From Flavobacteriales bacterium (lineage in GTDB: Bacteria > Bacteroidota > Bacteroidia > Flavobacteriales_F > PHOS-HE28), in the NCBI GenBank assembly GCA_041391785.1, contig JAWKNI010000011.1, positions 1,330-65,329 on the forward strand: DNA of 64,000 nucleotides, in the 5' to 3' direction. This document shows, one piece after another, positions 12,151-21,672 of the stretch. The notes below the pieces were generated by a model. It did not search any database. It worked only from the letters and a program-made list of their open reading frames with translations, and had not been told where the DNA came from. The position numbers were made by a program, and so were the translations under genes. Positions within the stretch are counted from its first letter, which is position 1; every line of letters starts with the position of its first letter.

Positions 12151-14010
12151 ATGATGCGGAGCCTTGTCCTCATGATCCTGTTGTTGCTCTGTGCTGGCGA
12201 TGCGCTCCATGCCCAACGCACCGACCTGGACAGCCTTGTGCAGGCCATCGGCCGCTGGGAGAAGGATCGTGAGCCCGGTGATACGGCGGGGCTGATCCAG
12301 ATGAACCGCGCAGCAGTGGTCTACACCATGCGCATGAAGGGTGACGAGGTGGTGGAGATGGCCCGGCGCACGGCCGCGGTCGCGTCGAAGGAAATGGGGG
12401 CGCTTCCTGAAGGTGCGTTGCGCAAAGGGGTGAGGAAGCAGCTGATCATCGCGCTCAATTTCCTGGGGGACGGGTTGGTGTACCAGGGTGATGCGTCCGG
12501 AGGGATGGAAACCCTGCAGCGATGTTACGCGCTCTCCTGGAAGCAGGTGATCGGTCGAACGCGGCCACGGCATGCATGCGGCTCGGTTACGCCTGCCGCA
12601 AAGCGCAGGACCGGAAGTGCGCCCGGGATTGGCTCCGCAAGGGCCTGGCCGTGCTGCCGCCTGCGGATACAACGGGACGAGTGACCGCCCACGCCGAGAT
12701 GGGCAATGTGCTCTACGGTCTGGGCGACATGGACATTGCACGCTATCACTGGCAGGAGAGCATCCGGATCGGCGAGCAGCGCCGCTCCTTCAGCCCGCTC
12801 TTCGATGCCTACAGCGGCATGGCTCTGCTCGCGCTACGATGCGGCGCGAATGACGAAGCGAACAAGTTCCTGCGGAAGGCTCGCGCGTCCTTCGAGCAGG
12901 ACGAGCAAACAGGGCAGTGCCATGCTCAATGCCCTCGAGGGATTCAGCGCATCGCCCTGCGCGATGCGCAAGGCACTGCCGTTCCTTGCGCGCGCGGATT
13001 CCTTCGCCGTGGCGCACGGCAAGCACGGCGCCCGCTTCTTTGCGCAGCAGTTCATAGCGGTCTCCCATGCGTTGCGAGGCGATATGAACGCCCAGCCTGA
13101 GCGCGGCGGACTCGGCAGCCTCGGCCTTGATCGCCGACCTCGGCATCGAGGAGGCCAAGCGTACCGCCTTCGCACAGGCCCGATACGAGCGATGTGGCCC
13201 AGCGCCTCGCGGATGCACGATTGCAGGCGCAACGCAGGCTCAACGCGGTACTCTTCGTGGCCGCAACAGCACTGGTGATCGCAGCTTTGGTCCTGTTGGA
13301 ACTCTACCATAGGTCGAAGCGGACTAGCCGCTCACTACATGCAGCGAATGTGGAATTGGTACGGACCCGGGAGAAGCTCGTGAAGGCCGAGCGCGAGCAC
13401 GAGGCGGAGACCCTGCGCACCCGTATCGCCCGGGACATCCACGATGAATTGGGCGGCAGCCTCACGAAGGTGGCGCTCCTCGGCGAACTGCTCGCGAGTG
13501 GCGGTGGTGCACAGGCCGAGAAGAAGTATCGCTGAGAGCCTTGTCTGAGCATGCGCGCAGCGTGAAGGCGGGGCTGAGCGACGTGGTCTGGGCCGTGGAC
13601 CCGACGTCCGATACCGCTCAAGGCTTGTTCGATCGCCTCACCGACCGCTTGGTCGAACTGTATCGCCGGATCTTCCAGCTACGCTCACATTGGACCTGAA
13701 GGCCGACCACCCTTCTCGCGCCATATCCCCGGATGTGAAGCGGGCCTTGTACCTCATGATCAACGAAGCAGCGACTAATGCGCTCAGACATGCGAAGGCA
13801 AGGATGGTCATGGTCTCCTACTGATCGAGAGCGACCGCCATGAGGTGCGTATCACTGACGACGGATCGGTTTCACGCCAAGGACTGCCAGTGGCAAAGGC
13901 AGCGGGCTGTCGAACATGCGGCATCGTATGGCAGCCATTGGCGCCGGGATCGATGTGGAGAGCGCACCGGGCAGGGGCACCACCATCATCGCGAGCGGAG
14001 CACTGTGAGG
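12151..14010 (+). pseudogene. Sensor histidine kinase with a signal peptide, TPR-like periplasmic repeats, a transmembrane helix, HisKA_3 ('RTRIARDIHDELGGSLTKVALLGELL') and HATPase_c ('LYLMINEAATNALRHA...GTTIIAS'). It is frameshifted.
   Basis: ORFs 12151, 12522 and 13194, then kinase-domain motifs read in shifted frames between 13540 and 14010. Confidence 0.55.
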
Positions 14011-14042
14011 ACGTGAAGCTCCTGCGATGTGGCGAGTGCGGT

Positions 14043-14712
14043 CAGGATCGTGGGCGATAAGCGCATACGCACAGCGATCGTGGAGGATGACCGCGACTTG
14101 CGCGCCATCCTCGTGGCCGGGCTGCGAAGGACCCACGTGTCGACGTGCTCGCCGTGTACGCCAGCGGCGATGCCTTCCTGAAGGAGTTGGAACACCTGGA
14201 CGCGGATGTGGTGATCGTGGACATCAATATGCCGGGCACGAACGGAATTGAATGTGTGCGGCTGGCCAACCCCGTAAACCGGCCACGCAGTTCCTCATGA
14301 GCACGGTGTTCGAGAATGCGGCCTACATCTACCAAGCGCTCTGTGCAGGCGCCACAGGGTACTTGGTGAAGAGCGCGCCAAGCATGGCGCTGGCCGATGC
14401 AGTGTGCGAGATCACGCAGGCGGCTCACAGACACCCGCGATCGCCCGGCTGGTGGTCCTCTCCATGCAAGGTGATCCCGCCGCCACCATGCATCAGAACT
14501 GCTCACCGATCATTGAGAAGGAAGTGCTCGATGGCCTGGCCGCCGGACTCATGTACAAGGAGATCGCCGCGAAAGGCGATGTGAACATCAATACGGTTCG
14601 CTCTCACGTCCGCAGCATCTATGAGAAGCTGCAGGTGCACTCGCGGCGGAGGCTGTGCGCAAGGCGTTCCCAGGGAGGGTGGGGATCGTCTTCCTTCTCC
14701 GCACTGATCGAC
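14043..14712 (+). pseudogene. LuxR-type response regulator (REC 'KRIRTAIVEDDRDLRAIL...DADVVIVDINMPGTNGIECV' plus HTH_LuxR 'LDGLAAGLMYKEIAAKGDVNINTVRSHVRSIYEKLQV'). There are at least 3 frameshifts; one is a 1-nt loss near 'RRTH/DVDVL'.
   Basis: Manual three-frame translation of 14040-14712. Confidence 0.55.
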
Positions 14713-14959
14713 AGGAGGTGCATCCTCTGATTCGATCCCAAGAGATGCGGATGCAGCCATGGGAACCGGCACCAGGACCACATGCCCGCCACGATGATCC
14801 TCGGTGGGCGAGAACTCATTGACGCGACCAGGCACGCTGACCTGGGGATAGCGGGGGCGCGGCACGCTGACCCGGCCGCCACTTTCAGTTCGTCGATTCC
14901 CTTTGAGCTGCCATTTCAAGCCAATCAGGAGTGATCAGATGATCGCTGTGCAGGATCGT

Positions 14960-15070
14960 ACTGCACCATCAGCTACCCCACGGTGAACACGCACATCACC
15001 CACATCCACAGAAGCTTCACGTGGATTCCGTGGCCGCTGCTGTGAAGGTGGCGATGCAGGAGGGATTGGT
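14960..15070 (+). other. Relic of a LuxR-type HTH C-terminus ('SYPTVNTHITHIHRSFTWIPWPLL..' / 'KVAMQEGLV'). It is about 85% identical at the DNA level to 8281-8380.
   Basis: Direct alignment of 14969-15060 with 8281-8372. This is an internal partial duplicate of the response-regulator gene. Confidence 0.6.
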
Positions 15071-15102
15071 GAGGGCGTTCCGGGCTTCGAATTCCAGACG
15101 GG

Positions 15103-15654
15103 TTATAGTGGTCCGGCCAGGATGACCGAGTACCCCCCCCCAACGCAAAGCGGCCCCGGTTCCCCGGGGCCGCTGCCATCAGACGCGCTGCTGCGCGGTA
15201 GCTGCGTGGTCCTTAGCGCACCATCGACTGCGCCGGATGGCTCCCACGCTGGTACCTGCCGTGCCGAGTGGCCGACACGCGGAACCAGCTGGGCTTCGCC
15301 CGCATCAAGCCCGGAGACGGAATACCTGGAGCGGGTGGTCACACCCACCAGTTCCCAGGCGTTCGCATCATCCGGTGAAACGCGGTTCACCTGAACGTGG
15401 TAGGTCACCGCACCACGCGTGGGGTCCCAGTCCAGGCTCACCTTGCCGGGATGGGCGGTCAGCACCGCGCGCAATCCCTTGGGTGTGCCGGCTCGGGCAT
15501 CGGCGTGTTCGGCTGCCGCACCGGTAAAACCGCTGCTCAGGATCGCCAGTTCGTTGCCCTCGGCAACGCTGCTCACGTAACCAGCAGCTGGTCCAGCAGT
15601 TGCTTCAGTTCGAAAAGCGGGCCTTGCGGATCGCGAGTGCCGTGCGCCCACCAT
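15103..15654 (-). CDS. Hypothetical protein, possibly a fibronectin-III-like fragment ('KVSLDWDPTRGAVTYHVQVNRVSPDDANAWELVGVTTRSRYSVSGLDAGE').
   Basis: ORF only. It is GC-rich and contains a C9 run and a GC hairpin, so it may be spurious. Confidence 0.25.
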   Translation of the reverse strand: MVGARHSRSARPAFRTEATAGPAAGYVSSVAEGNELAILSSGFTGAAAEHADARAGTPKGLRAVLTAHPGKVSLDWDPTRGAVTYHVQVNRVSPDDANAWELVGVTTRSRYSVSGLDAGEAQLVPRVGHSARQVPAWEPSGAVDGALRTTQLPRSSASDGSGPGEPGPLCVGGGYSVILAGPL

Positions 15655-16364
15655 CCACCGCTGGTGATGGCTGTTTCCAGCGCCTCACGCGCCGCCGCGA
15701 TGGCGGCCACAGAGGGCACGGGATCGGGAAGGCGGCATGCCGGTCATCCGTTGTTCGTGGAAACGCGCACGGTCCACCAATCCATTGGGGCGCAGGCGCG
15801 AGAGGTTCTTGATGATGCTGCTCATGAGAAAGGGGTCTTCAGGTCGTGGTCCAAAAGGCACGTCCATGCCCTACCCTGGGGCGTTTGTTGTACTTCGTGG
15901 TTCCAAAGGCGGGACGGATGTGATCACCCGACCCGGTGCTACGCCTTGCCGGCGGCGGGCGTGGCAGGCAGGTACAGGTGGCGCCAGCCACACGCTGTGC
16001 CGCTTCTCCGATTGTGCCAGAGTCAGCAGGAGCGGCGACAAGATGATCGGCCATGTGCCGGCATAGAGCTGCCGACCCATCAGCACGAAATGCACACCCA
16101 ACAGATAGAACGCCTCCTTCGGTCGGTCCAGCAACTTGCAGCGGATGCAGACGATCGCGAAGTCCTGGTCGAAAGCCGCCAACGGGCTATCCCGTGCGGG
16201 CATCTTGCCGAGGAACAGGAGCTTAAGAACGAACTCCAAATATGCGGTGTAGACCGCCGCTGCGTGAACCTGTCCGGTGCGATAAGCGCTTCGGCCAAGC
16301 GCAAGGCACTGCGATCGAAGGTCACGAGAACCTGCTCAAAGACCACCTGACTCAGAACGTCCAT
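15590..16364 (-). pseudogene. Frameshifted hypothetical gene ('MDVLSQVVFEQVLVTFDRSALRLAEALIAPDRFTQ...LEFVLKLLFLGKMPARDSPLAAFDQDFAIVCIRCKLLDRPKEAFYLLGVHFVLMG...LFELKQLLDQLLVT*'). It may be a mobile-element remnant, but I cannot place it in a family.
   Basis: Four ORF fragments on the minus strand (16080-16364, 15871-16239, 15839-16054, 15685-15867) join by frame changes. Confidence 0.3.
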
Positions 16365-16374
16365 CGTCGATACG

Positions 16375-16745
16375 CGGCGCGTCCGCTTTTCGGAGAGAGT
16401 CGCCTGTTTCTCGGCGTGAGTCGTCTGCTTCTCGGAAAAAGTCGCCTGTTTCTCGGCGTGAGTCGTCTGCTTCTCGGAAAAAGTCGCCTGCTTCTCGGCG
16501 TGAGTCGCCCGCTTCTCGGGAAAAGTCGCCTGCTTCTCGGCGTGAGTCGCCCGCTTCTCGGGAAAAAGTCGCCTGCTTCTCGGCGTGAGTCGTCTGCTTC
16601 TTGGAAAAAGTCGCCTGCTTCTCGACGAGAGTTGCCTGCTTCTCGGAAAAAGTCGCCCGCTTCTCGACGTGAGTCGCCCGCTTCACAGGAAATGTCGCCT
16701 GCTTTCCAGATGAGTTGCCTGCTTTTCGACGCAAGTCGCCTGCTT
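16375..16745. repeat. Tandem direct repeat of about 17.5 copies of a 21-bp unit. Two alternating subtypes ('gtcgcctg(t/c)ttctcggcgtga' and 'gtcgtctgcttctcggaaaaa') form a 42-bp super-unit.
   Basis: The units can be counted directly in the sequence. There are no unique spacers, so this is not CRISPR. The array lies immediately upstream of the minus-strand gene that starts at 16364. Confidence 0.9.
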
Positions 16746-17148
16746 TTGGTAGAGGATCGTCCGTCAAAAGCCGCAATTCGTCCGGTGAAATGCGGGGAGT
16801 CGTCCGCTTCCTTATGAGCCAGTCGTATCAGGGCTTTGATCCAACGGTCTACGGACTTCATTGGTCGATCGCCGAACGGTCTTCACCGTCCCCTGCACCG
16901 CCTTGCGCGGGCGGCGCACCGCCCGGTATCCAGGGCCGCAGTCGCAATCACTCGTTGACCGTTTCTTCGTCATGATCGTCGGTAGTAAGATTTATGTCAG
17001 AATGGTCATATGCGGTAGGTGGCGTGATGCATTCTTTCCACGATCGATCGTGCGTATGTCAGGGTGTTAGAAGACCTCTCCTACCCTTTTGATCCTGGCC
17101 GATCACTGGCCACGTTGAATACCGCATCTCCAACGCGATGAACGTGTA

Positions 17149-17505
17149 GTGCCGGATCAACTGGCCGGCCGAACGGTGCACGACCGATCGGCCAGCGACG
17201 TATTCAACAGCGGCCAGCCCCATGCCCGTTGTGCGAATGGTCCAACCCGATATCTTGTCGGGCAGATGGAAATGGAGCAGAAGATGGGATCGACACTGAC
17301 GAAGAACGAAGAGCGCTTGCTGGAACTACTGGCGGAACATGACAGCCTCGGGCCGGTCGCCGCTGCGGCCGGCCGGCTGGTGATCCCGATGCGGATCCTC
17401 GATGCATCCGTGTTGGATGTGCACCACCTGCGGGATGGTGTGTACAACGCAACGGTGTCCACGGGCGATGAACGAAAGTCCCGCCGATTCGTCGTGCAAC
17501 ATTAG
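17149..17505 (+). CDS. Hypothetical small protein.
   Basis: ORF only; nothing recognisable. Confidence 0.2.
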   Translation: MPDQLAGRTVHDRSASDVFNSGQPHARCANGPTRYLVGQMEMEQKMGSTLTKNEERLLELLAEHDSLGPVAAAAGRLVIPMRILDASVLDVHHLRDGVYNATVSTGDERKSRRFVVQH

Positions 17506-17522
17506 GGATCGTTTGATGCACG

Positions 17523-18557
17523 TCATCCGTACTGCATGCTCCGCGCGATGCGAACCAGGTGCAACATGATGGGCACCTCGATGAGCACCCCCACCACGGT
17601 GACCAGCGCAGCCCCGCTGTTGAGGCCGAAAAGGGCGATCGCCACGGCAACCGCCAGTTCAAAGAAATTGCTGGCGCCGATCATGCTGGCCGGTGCGCAG
17701 GTGCTGTAGTCGAGACCCAGCCATCGGCCGCCCTTCCAACTGATCAGGAAGATGATGTACGTCTGTAGTGCGAGGGGTAGGGCGATGAGAACGATGAGGA
17801 AGGGGTTCTGGAGGATGCGCTGCCCTTGGAAGGCGAACAGGAGGACGAGCGTGACGAGCAGCGCGGTGATGGAAAGTGGCCTCAACGCCGGCAGAAAACG
17901 TGACTTGAGCCAGACATCTCCTTTTGTACGCGTAAGCCAGCGGTGGGTGAGGTAGCCGGCCACAAGTGGTATCACCACGAATACGAGGACCGTGGTACTG
18001 AGCACGCCCCACGGGATGGCGATGCCTGTGATCCCCAGCAGCAGCTGCACGATGGGGATGAAGAGTACGAGAAGGAGAAGGTCGTTCACGCTGACCTGTA
18101 CCAGGGTGTAGTTCGGGTCACCTCCACAGAGGTAGCTCCAAACGAAGACCATGGCCGTGCATGGTGCTGCACCCAACAGGACGGCCCCGGCGATGTATTC
18201 TTTCGCAAGCTCCGGTGTGATCCATGCCGCGTATAGCCTGCTGAAGAAGAGCCACGCGAAGAAGGCCATGGTAAAAGGCTTGATGAGCCAATTGACAAAC
18301 ACCGTAAGGCCGATCCCCTTCAGCTGTGGTCCCAGAGTGCGAATGCTGCCGAAGTCCACTTGCACCATCATGGGAAAGATCATCAGCCAGATAAGGATCG
18401 CCACGGGTATGTTCACGTGATGCAGCTCGAGACGGGCTATGACCTGCATGCTGGAGCCCGACCAGGTACCGAGGGCGATGCCTGCCACAATGCAGAGCAA
18501 CACCCATATGGTAAGGTGCTTCTCAAAGAAGCCGATACCCACGGTCTTGGTACTCAT
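17523..18557 (-). CDS. acr3: Arsenite efflux transporter of the ACR3 family, 344 aa and about 10 TM.
   Basis: 'MSTKTVGIGFFEKHLTIWVLLCIVAGIALG...' and the family-typical TM pattern. The start ATG at 18557 overlaps the arsC stop as ATGA. The longer listed ORF extension is GC-rich and spurious. Confidence 0.9.
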   Translation of the reverse strand: MSTKTVGIGFFEKHLTIWVLLCIVAGIALGTWSGSSMQVIARLELHHVNIPVAILIWLMIFPMMVQVDFGSIRTLGPQLKGIGLTVFVNWLIKPFTMAFFAWLFFSRLYAAWITPELAKEYIAGAVLLGAAPCTAMVFVWSYLCGGDPNYTLVQVSVNDLLLLVLFIPIVQLLLGITGIAIPWGVLSTTVLVFVVIPLVAGYLTHRWLTRTKGDVWLKSRFLPALRPLSITALLVTLVLLFAFQGQRILQNPFLIVLIALPLALQTYIIFLISWKGGRWLGLDYSTCAPASMIGASNFFELAVAVAIALFGLNSGAALVTVVGVLIEVPIMLHLVRIARSMQYG

Positions 18558-19228
18558 TCGGAAGCTCGCTCCATCGTGTACCACAGCTCCGCAGCGATCT
18601 GGAGGCAGCACTCGTCGTAGCGTGCGGCCTCCTCCGGCGTCCCATCCGCCTCTTTGGGGTCGTTGTACGGCAGGCTGAGGCGATCCAGCGCCCCGAACAC
18701 GATCGGGCAGTTCTTGTCCGCCTCCGAGCAGGTCATTACGGCGCAGAAGTCCTTCTGCGGGTTCGCCGGGTCGTCGTACTTCTTGCTCCAGCAGCGTTCG
18801 TCGGCGCGGTCCTTCGCGAAGGACACTTCGTACATCGGATCCTTTCCTTCGCCCTTCACCACCTGGAAGCCCGCGCGTTCCAAGGCGGCCACGGCGCGTG
18901 GGTCGAAGGCCGTGGCCTCGGTGCCCCCGCTGAAGGTGCGCACATGGTCCTGCGCATGATACCAGGCAGCCGTGGCAGCCCAAAGCTGGCTCAGGTGGCT
19001 GCGACGGCTGTTGTGGGTGCAGATGAAGGTGAGGTCCGCAGTGGCGCCGGCGGCCTTTCGCTCCTTCAAGAATGCAGCGATCCGGTCCAGGCTTTCCTTG
19101 CGCTCCACTGGGATCTCCGCCATGGCTGGTACCACGCGTTCATCCACGTAGTGTTGGAGCTCGGGATGGAGGGTTCGGTCCATCGGTGGTCCATGCTGAA
19201 GCAGGGATATGAGCAGCAAAGGGTTCAT
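18554..19228 (-). CDS. arsC: Arsenate reductase of the LMW-PTP family (CX5R motif 'CTHNSRRS') with an N-terminal extension.
   Basis: The catalytic P-loop was read directly, and the gene sits between arsM and acr3. The ATG at 19228 was chosen because the ORF's first start is TTG. Confidence 0.8.
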   Translation of the reverse strand: MNPLLLISLLQHGPPMDRTLHPELQHYVDERVVPAMAEIPVERKESLDRIAAFLKERKAAGATADLTFICTHNSRRSHLSQLWAATAAWYHAQDHVRTFSGGTEATAFDPRAVAALERAGFQVVKGEGKDPMYEVSFAKDRADERCWSKKYDDPANPQKDFCAVMTCSEADKNCPIVFGALDRLSLPYNDPKEADGTPEEAARYDECCLQIAAELWYTMERASE

Positions 19229-19238
19229 GTTGATGGGT

Positions 19239-20108
19239 TCAGCAGCAATTGCTCCCACTTCCGCAGCAGGCGGCTTTCAACTCGGCCTTGTCCGCCTTCA
19301 CGCCCGGTTTGGTCGCGCTCACAGTGATGCTGAAGATCCCTGCCCCGCTTGCCTTGTATGCGGCGATCTGCTCCTCGCTCAGGTACCTGCCAAGGATGTC
19401 TTCCGGTACGATGATGGACTTGCGTTCCTGCACGCTTACCTGCTCGAAGCCCAGGTCGTGGATGATGCCGAGGTAATCGCTTTCGGGCAACGCGCCCGCA
19501 ACGCAGCCGGCGTACATCTCCGCACTTTCCCTCAGGAGCTGCGGTATCTCACCGCGCAGCACCACGTCGCTGATGCTGAAATGACCGCCGGGCTTGAGAA
19601 CTCTCAAGACTTCGGCGAAGGCCCGGCGTTTGTCGGGCACCAGGTTGAGCACGCAATTGCTCACCACCACATCGACGATACCACTCGTGAGGGGAAGTGC
19701 TTCGATATCGCCCTGTCGGAATTCCACGTTCTGGTACCCGAGTTTCAAGGCATTCTCCTTCGCCTTGGAGACCATCTCCGGGGTGAAGTCCACACCGATC
19801 ACACGACCATCAGGGCCGGTCTCATGACGCGCCACGAAACAATCGTTGCCCGCACCGCTGCCCAGGTCGAGCACGGTGTCCCCCGATGCGATCCCTGCGA
19901 ATGCCGTCGGCAGCCCGCACCCCAGTCCGAGGTCGGCATCCGGCGCGTAACCCTTCAGGTCGGCGTAGCCATCGGTCATGATGTTGTACACCTCCGTGCT
20001 GCACCCGCCGGCCCCGCAGCAGCTGCTCGTGTTGGTGGCCTTGTCCTGCATGGCGATCTCGGCGTACTTGCTGCGGACAAGGTCCTTCAGTTCTTGGTCG
20101 GTTCTCAT
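19239..20108 (-). CDS. arsM: Arsenite S-adenosylmethionine methyltransferase.
   Basis: SAM-binding 'VLDLGSGAGND', the conserved Cys pairs ('SSCCGAGGC', C-terminal 'CCGSGSNCC') and a length of 289 aa. Confidence 0.9.
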   Translation of the reverse strand: MRTDQELKDLVRSKYAEIAMQDKATNTSSCCGAGGCSTEVYNIMTDGYADLKGYAPDADLGLGCGLPTAFAGIASGDTVLDLGSGAGNDCFVARHETGPDGRVIGVDFTPEMVSKAKENALKLGYQNVEFRQGDIEALPLTSGIVDVVVSNCVLNLVPDKRRAFAEVLRVLKPGGHFSISDVVLRGEIPQLLRESAEMYAGCVAGALPESDYLGIIHDLGFEQVSVQERKSIIVPEDILGRYLSEEQIAAYKASGAGIFSITVSATKPGVKADKAELKAACCGSGSNCC

Positions 20109-20142
20109 CGTTCGTTCGTTTTGATCCAGGACAGGGAGCTGC

Positions 20143-20475
20143 TCAACAGTGGTCAGTGTCCAAGGGAGTGTACTTGTTGAAGAGTTTATTGAAGGCCGTT
20201 TGCGCCTTGCTCCAGGCTTTCGGTTCGATGCAGTAGCACACGCTGGTGCCTTCCACTGTACCGGTGATGAGGCCGCATTCCTTCAACTCCCGCAGGTGCT
20301 GACTGATCGTGGCTTGTGCCAGGCCAAGCTCATCCACCAGGCTCCCACAGATGCATGATCGTTCCTTCAGCATGTACTGCAGGATGGCGATGCGTGCCGG
20401 ATGTCCCAGGGCCTTGGCCCAAGTGGCGATCCGGTTCTGGCCGCCGGTGAAGAGTTCGGTCTTGGTGATCCCCAT
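20143..20475 (-). CDS. arsR: ArsR/SmtB family metalloregulator.
   Basis: HTH 'ICGSLVDELGLAQATISQHLRELKECGLI' with a metal-binding 'CIC' motif. It is the first gene of the operon. Confidence 0.9.
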   Translation of the reverse strand: MGITKTELFTGGQNRIATWAKALGHPARIAILQYMLKERSCICGSLVDELGLAQATISQHLRELKECGLITGTVEGTSVCYCIEPKAWSKAQTAFNKLFNKYTPLDTDHC

Positions 20476-20636
20476 GTGCGTTGAAATGAACGTAAAGATA
20501 CGATTGATATGTAATAATGCAATAATACGATAAAGAAAGTCCGATGATGCGCTTCATGCCTCCACTTCGCGTGCCGTCCGGACGCCTTTCGGACCGGTGT
20601 CGGGGGATATGGTTCCTGCGCTAGCTTCGTGCGACC
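20476..20636. promoter_or_regulatory. AT-rich divergent intergenic region carrying the ars operon promoter/operator on the minus strand and the crp-like promoter on the plus strand. It contains a 'TATCTTTA' element, which resembles the Bacteroidota -7 promoter motif.
   Basis: A sharp local GC drop (20490-20545) between divergent genes. Confidence 0.4.
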
Positions 20637-21221
20637 ATGGACCATGAGCTGGAACCGCTGTTCCGCGCATTCGGCCCCTTGACGGAGCAGGAGGGAGCGA
20701 TCGTGGCGGCCGCCGTGACCACACATACCGTGGGCAAGGGAACCATCCTGCTGGATGTGGGTGCGGTCTGTGACCAGGCCTACCTGGTGGTGAGCGGTGG
20801 GTTGCGCACCCTCTTCTGGGATCCGAAGGGGAAGGAGGTGACGCGCTACGTGGCCTTGCAGGGACAGGTCTGCACCGTGCTGGACAGCTTCATATCACGC
20901 GAGGAAAGCAGGGAGAGCATCGAGGCCTTCCTGGACAGCACCGTGATCATATGGGACCGCGACACGCAGGACCGGCTGCGGCGCACCATACCCAGCTGGA
21001 ACGAGGCGTACATCCGCATCCTGGAGCGTGCGCAGGTGCTCAATGCCTGGCGCTTGGTGGGCCTGTTGGGCATGAACGCAGCGCAACGTTACGCGGCGTT
21101 GCTGGAGGAGTGGCCGGAGATGGTGCGCGACGTGCCTGACCGCATCATCGCGAGCTACCTGGGCATGGCTCCCGAATACCTCAGTCGCTTGAAGGCGAGG
21201 GTGTTGCACGGCCTTTCTTGA
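20637..21221 (+). CDS. Crp/Fnr family transcriptional regulator with a cNMP-binding domain and a C-terminal HTH.
   Basis: 'GTILLDVGAVCDQAYLVVSGGLR' beta-roll and the HTH 'RIIASYLGMAPEYLSRL'. Confidence 0.8.
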   Translation: MDHELEPLFRAFGPLTEQEGAIVAAAVTTHTVGKGTILLDVGAVCDQAYLVVSGGLRTLFWDPKGKEVTRYVALQGQVCTVLDSFISREESRESIEAFLDSTVIIWDRDTQDRLRRTIPSWNEAYIRILERAQVLNAWRLVGLLGMNAAQRYAALLEEWPEMVRDVPDRIIASYLGMAPEYLSRLKARVLHGLS

Positions 21222-21267
21222 CAATGGTCAACGCGGCGTCGGTCGCCCCTGGCGGATCTTTGCAGCG

Positions 21268-21666
21268 ATGAATGGAACGATAGAGACCACTGCCGCCGTT
21301 ATCGGTGCCACAGGGCCGGATACCGTGGAGGTACGCTTCAAGGAAGGGGTCCCGTTGACGACCGAGGACGTGACGGAAGCACTCGAGGCCCGCAGCCGCC
21401 ATTTCAACGCACCGCACCACGTGGTGATGGTGGCCCCCACGGACCTGGACTTCGACATCCAGGTGATGAGCACGGACCATTGCGGCAAGAGCGAGGCTGA
21501 GGGCATCACACGGTCCATCACCTGGGTGGCGAACTCCGAGTTCAACGTGCAGTTGCTCAACATCTACTACGCTTACTTTCCCAGCAAAGTGCCCTTGAAT
21601 GTGTTCGAGCAGGAGGAGGAGGCGCTGGCCTGGCTCGCGGATCCGGCGCGGTACTCGCTGAACTGA
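21268..21666 (+). CDS. Hypothetical protein, possibly a STAS/SpoIIAA-like fold.
   Basis: ORF with plausible composition, co-directional with the crp-like gene. Confidence 0.4.
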   Translation: MNGTIETTAAVIGATGPDTVEVRFKEGVPLTTEDVTEALEARSRHFNAPHHVVMVAPTDLDFDIQVMSTDHCGKSEAEGITRSITWVANSEFNVQLLNIYYAYFPSKVPLNVFEQEEEALAWLADPARYSLN

Positions 21667-21672
21667 TCGGCC

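Noticed and set aside
15397-16350. 317-aa plus-strand ORF
   Set aside because: It is Arg/Ala/Gly/His-rich, has no motifs, and overlaps the frameshifted minus-strand gene fragments.
16375-16745. Possible CRISPR array
   Set aside because: All units are contiguous 21-bp repeats with no unique spacers and no cas genes.
17523-18983. 486-aa version of the ACR3 ORF
   Set aside because: The N-terminal 142 aa are Arg/Gly-rich read-through over the arsC 3' end. The true start is ATG 18557 ('MSTKTVGIG'), coupled to the arsC stop.
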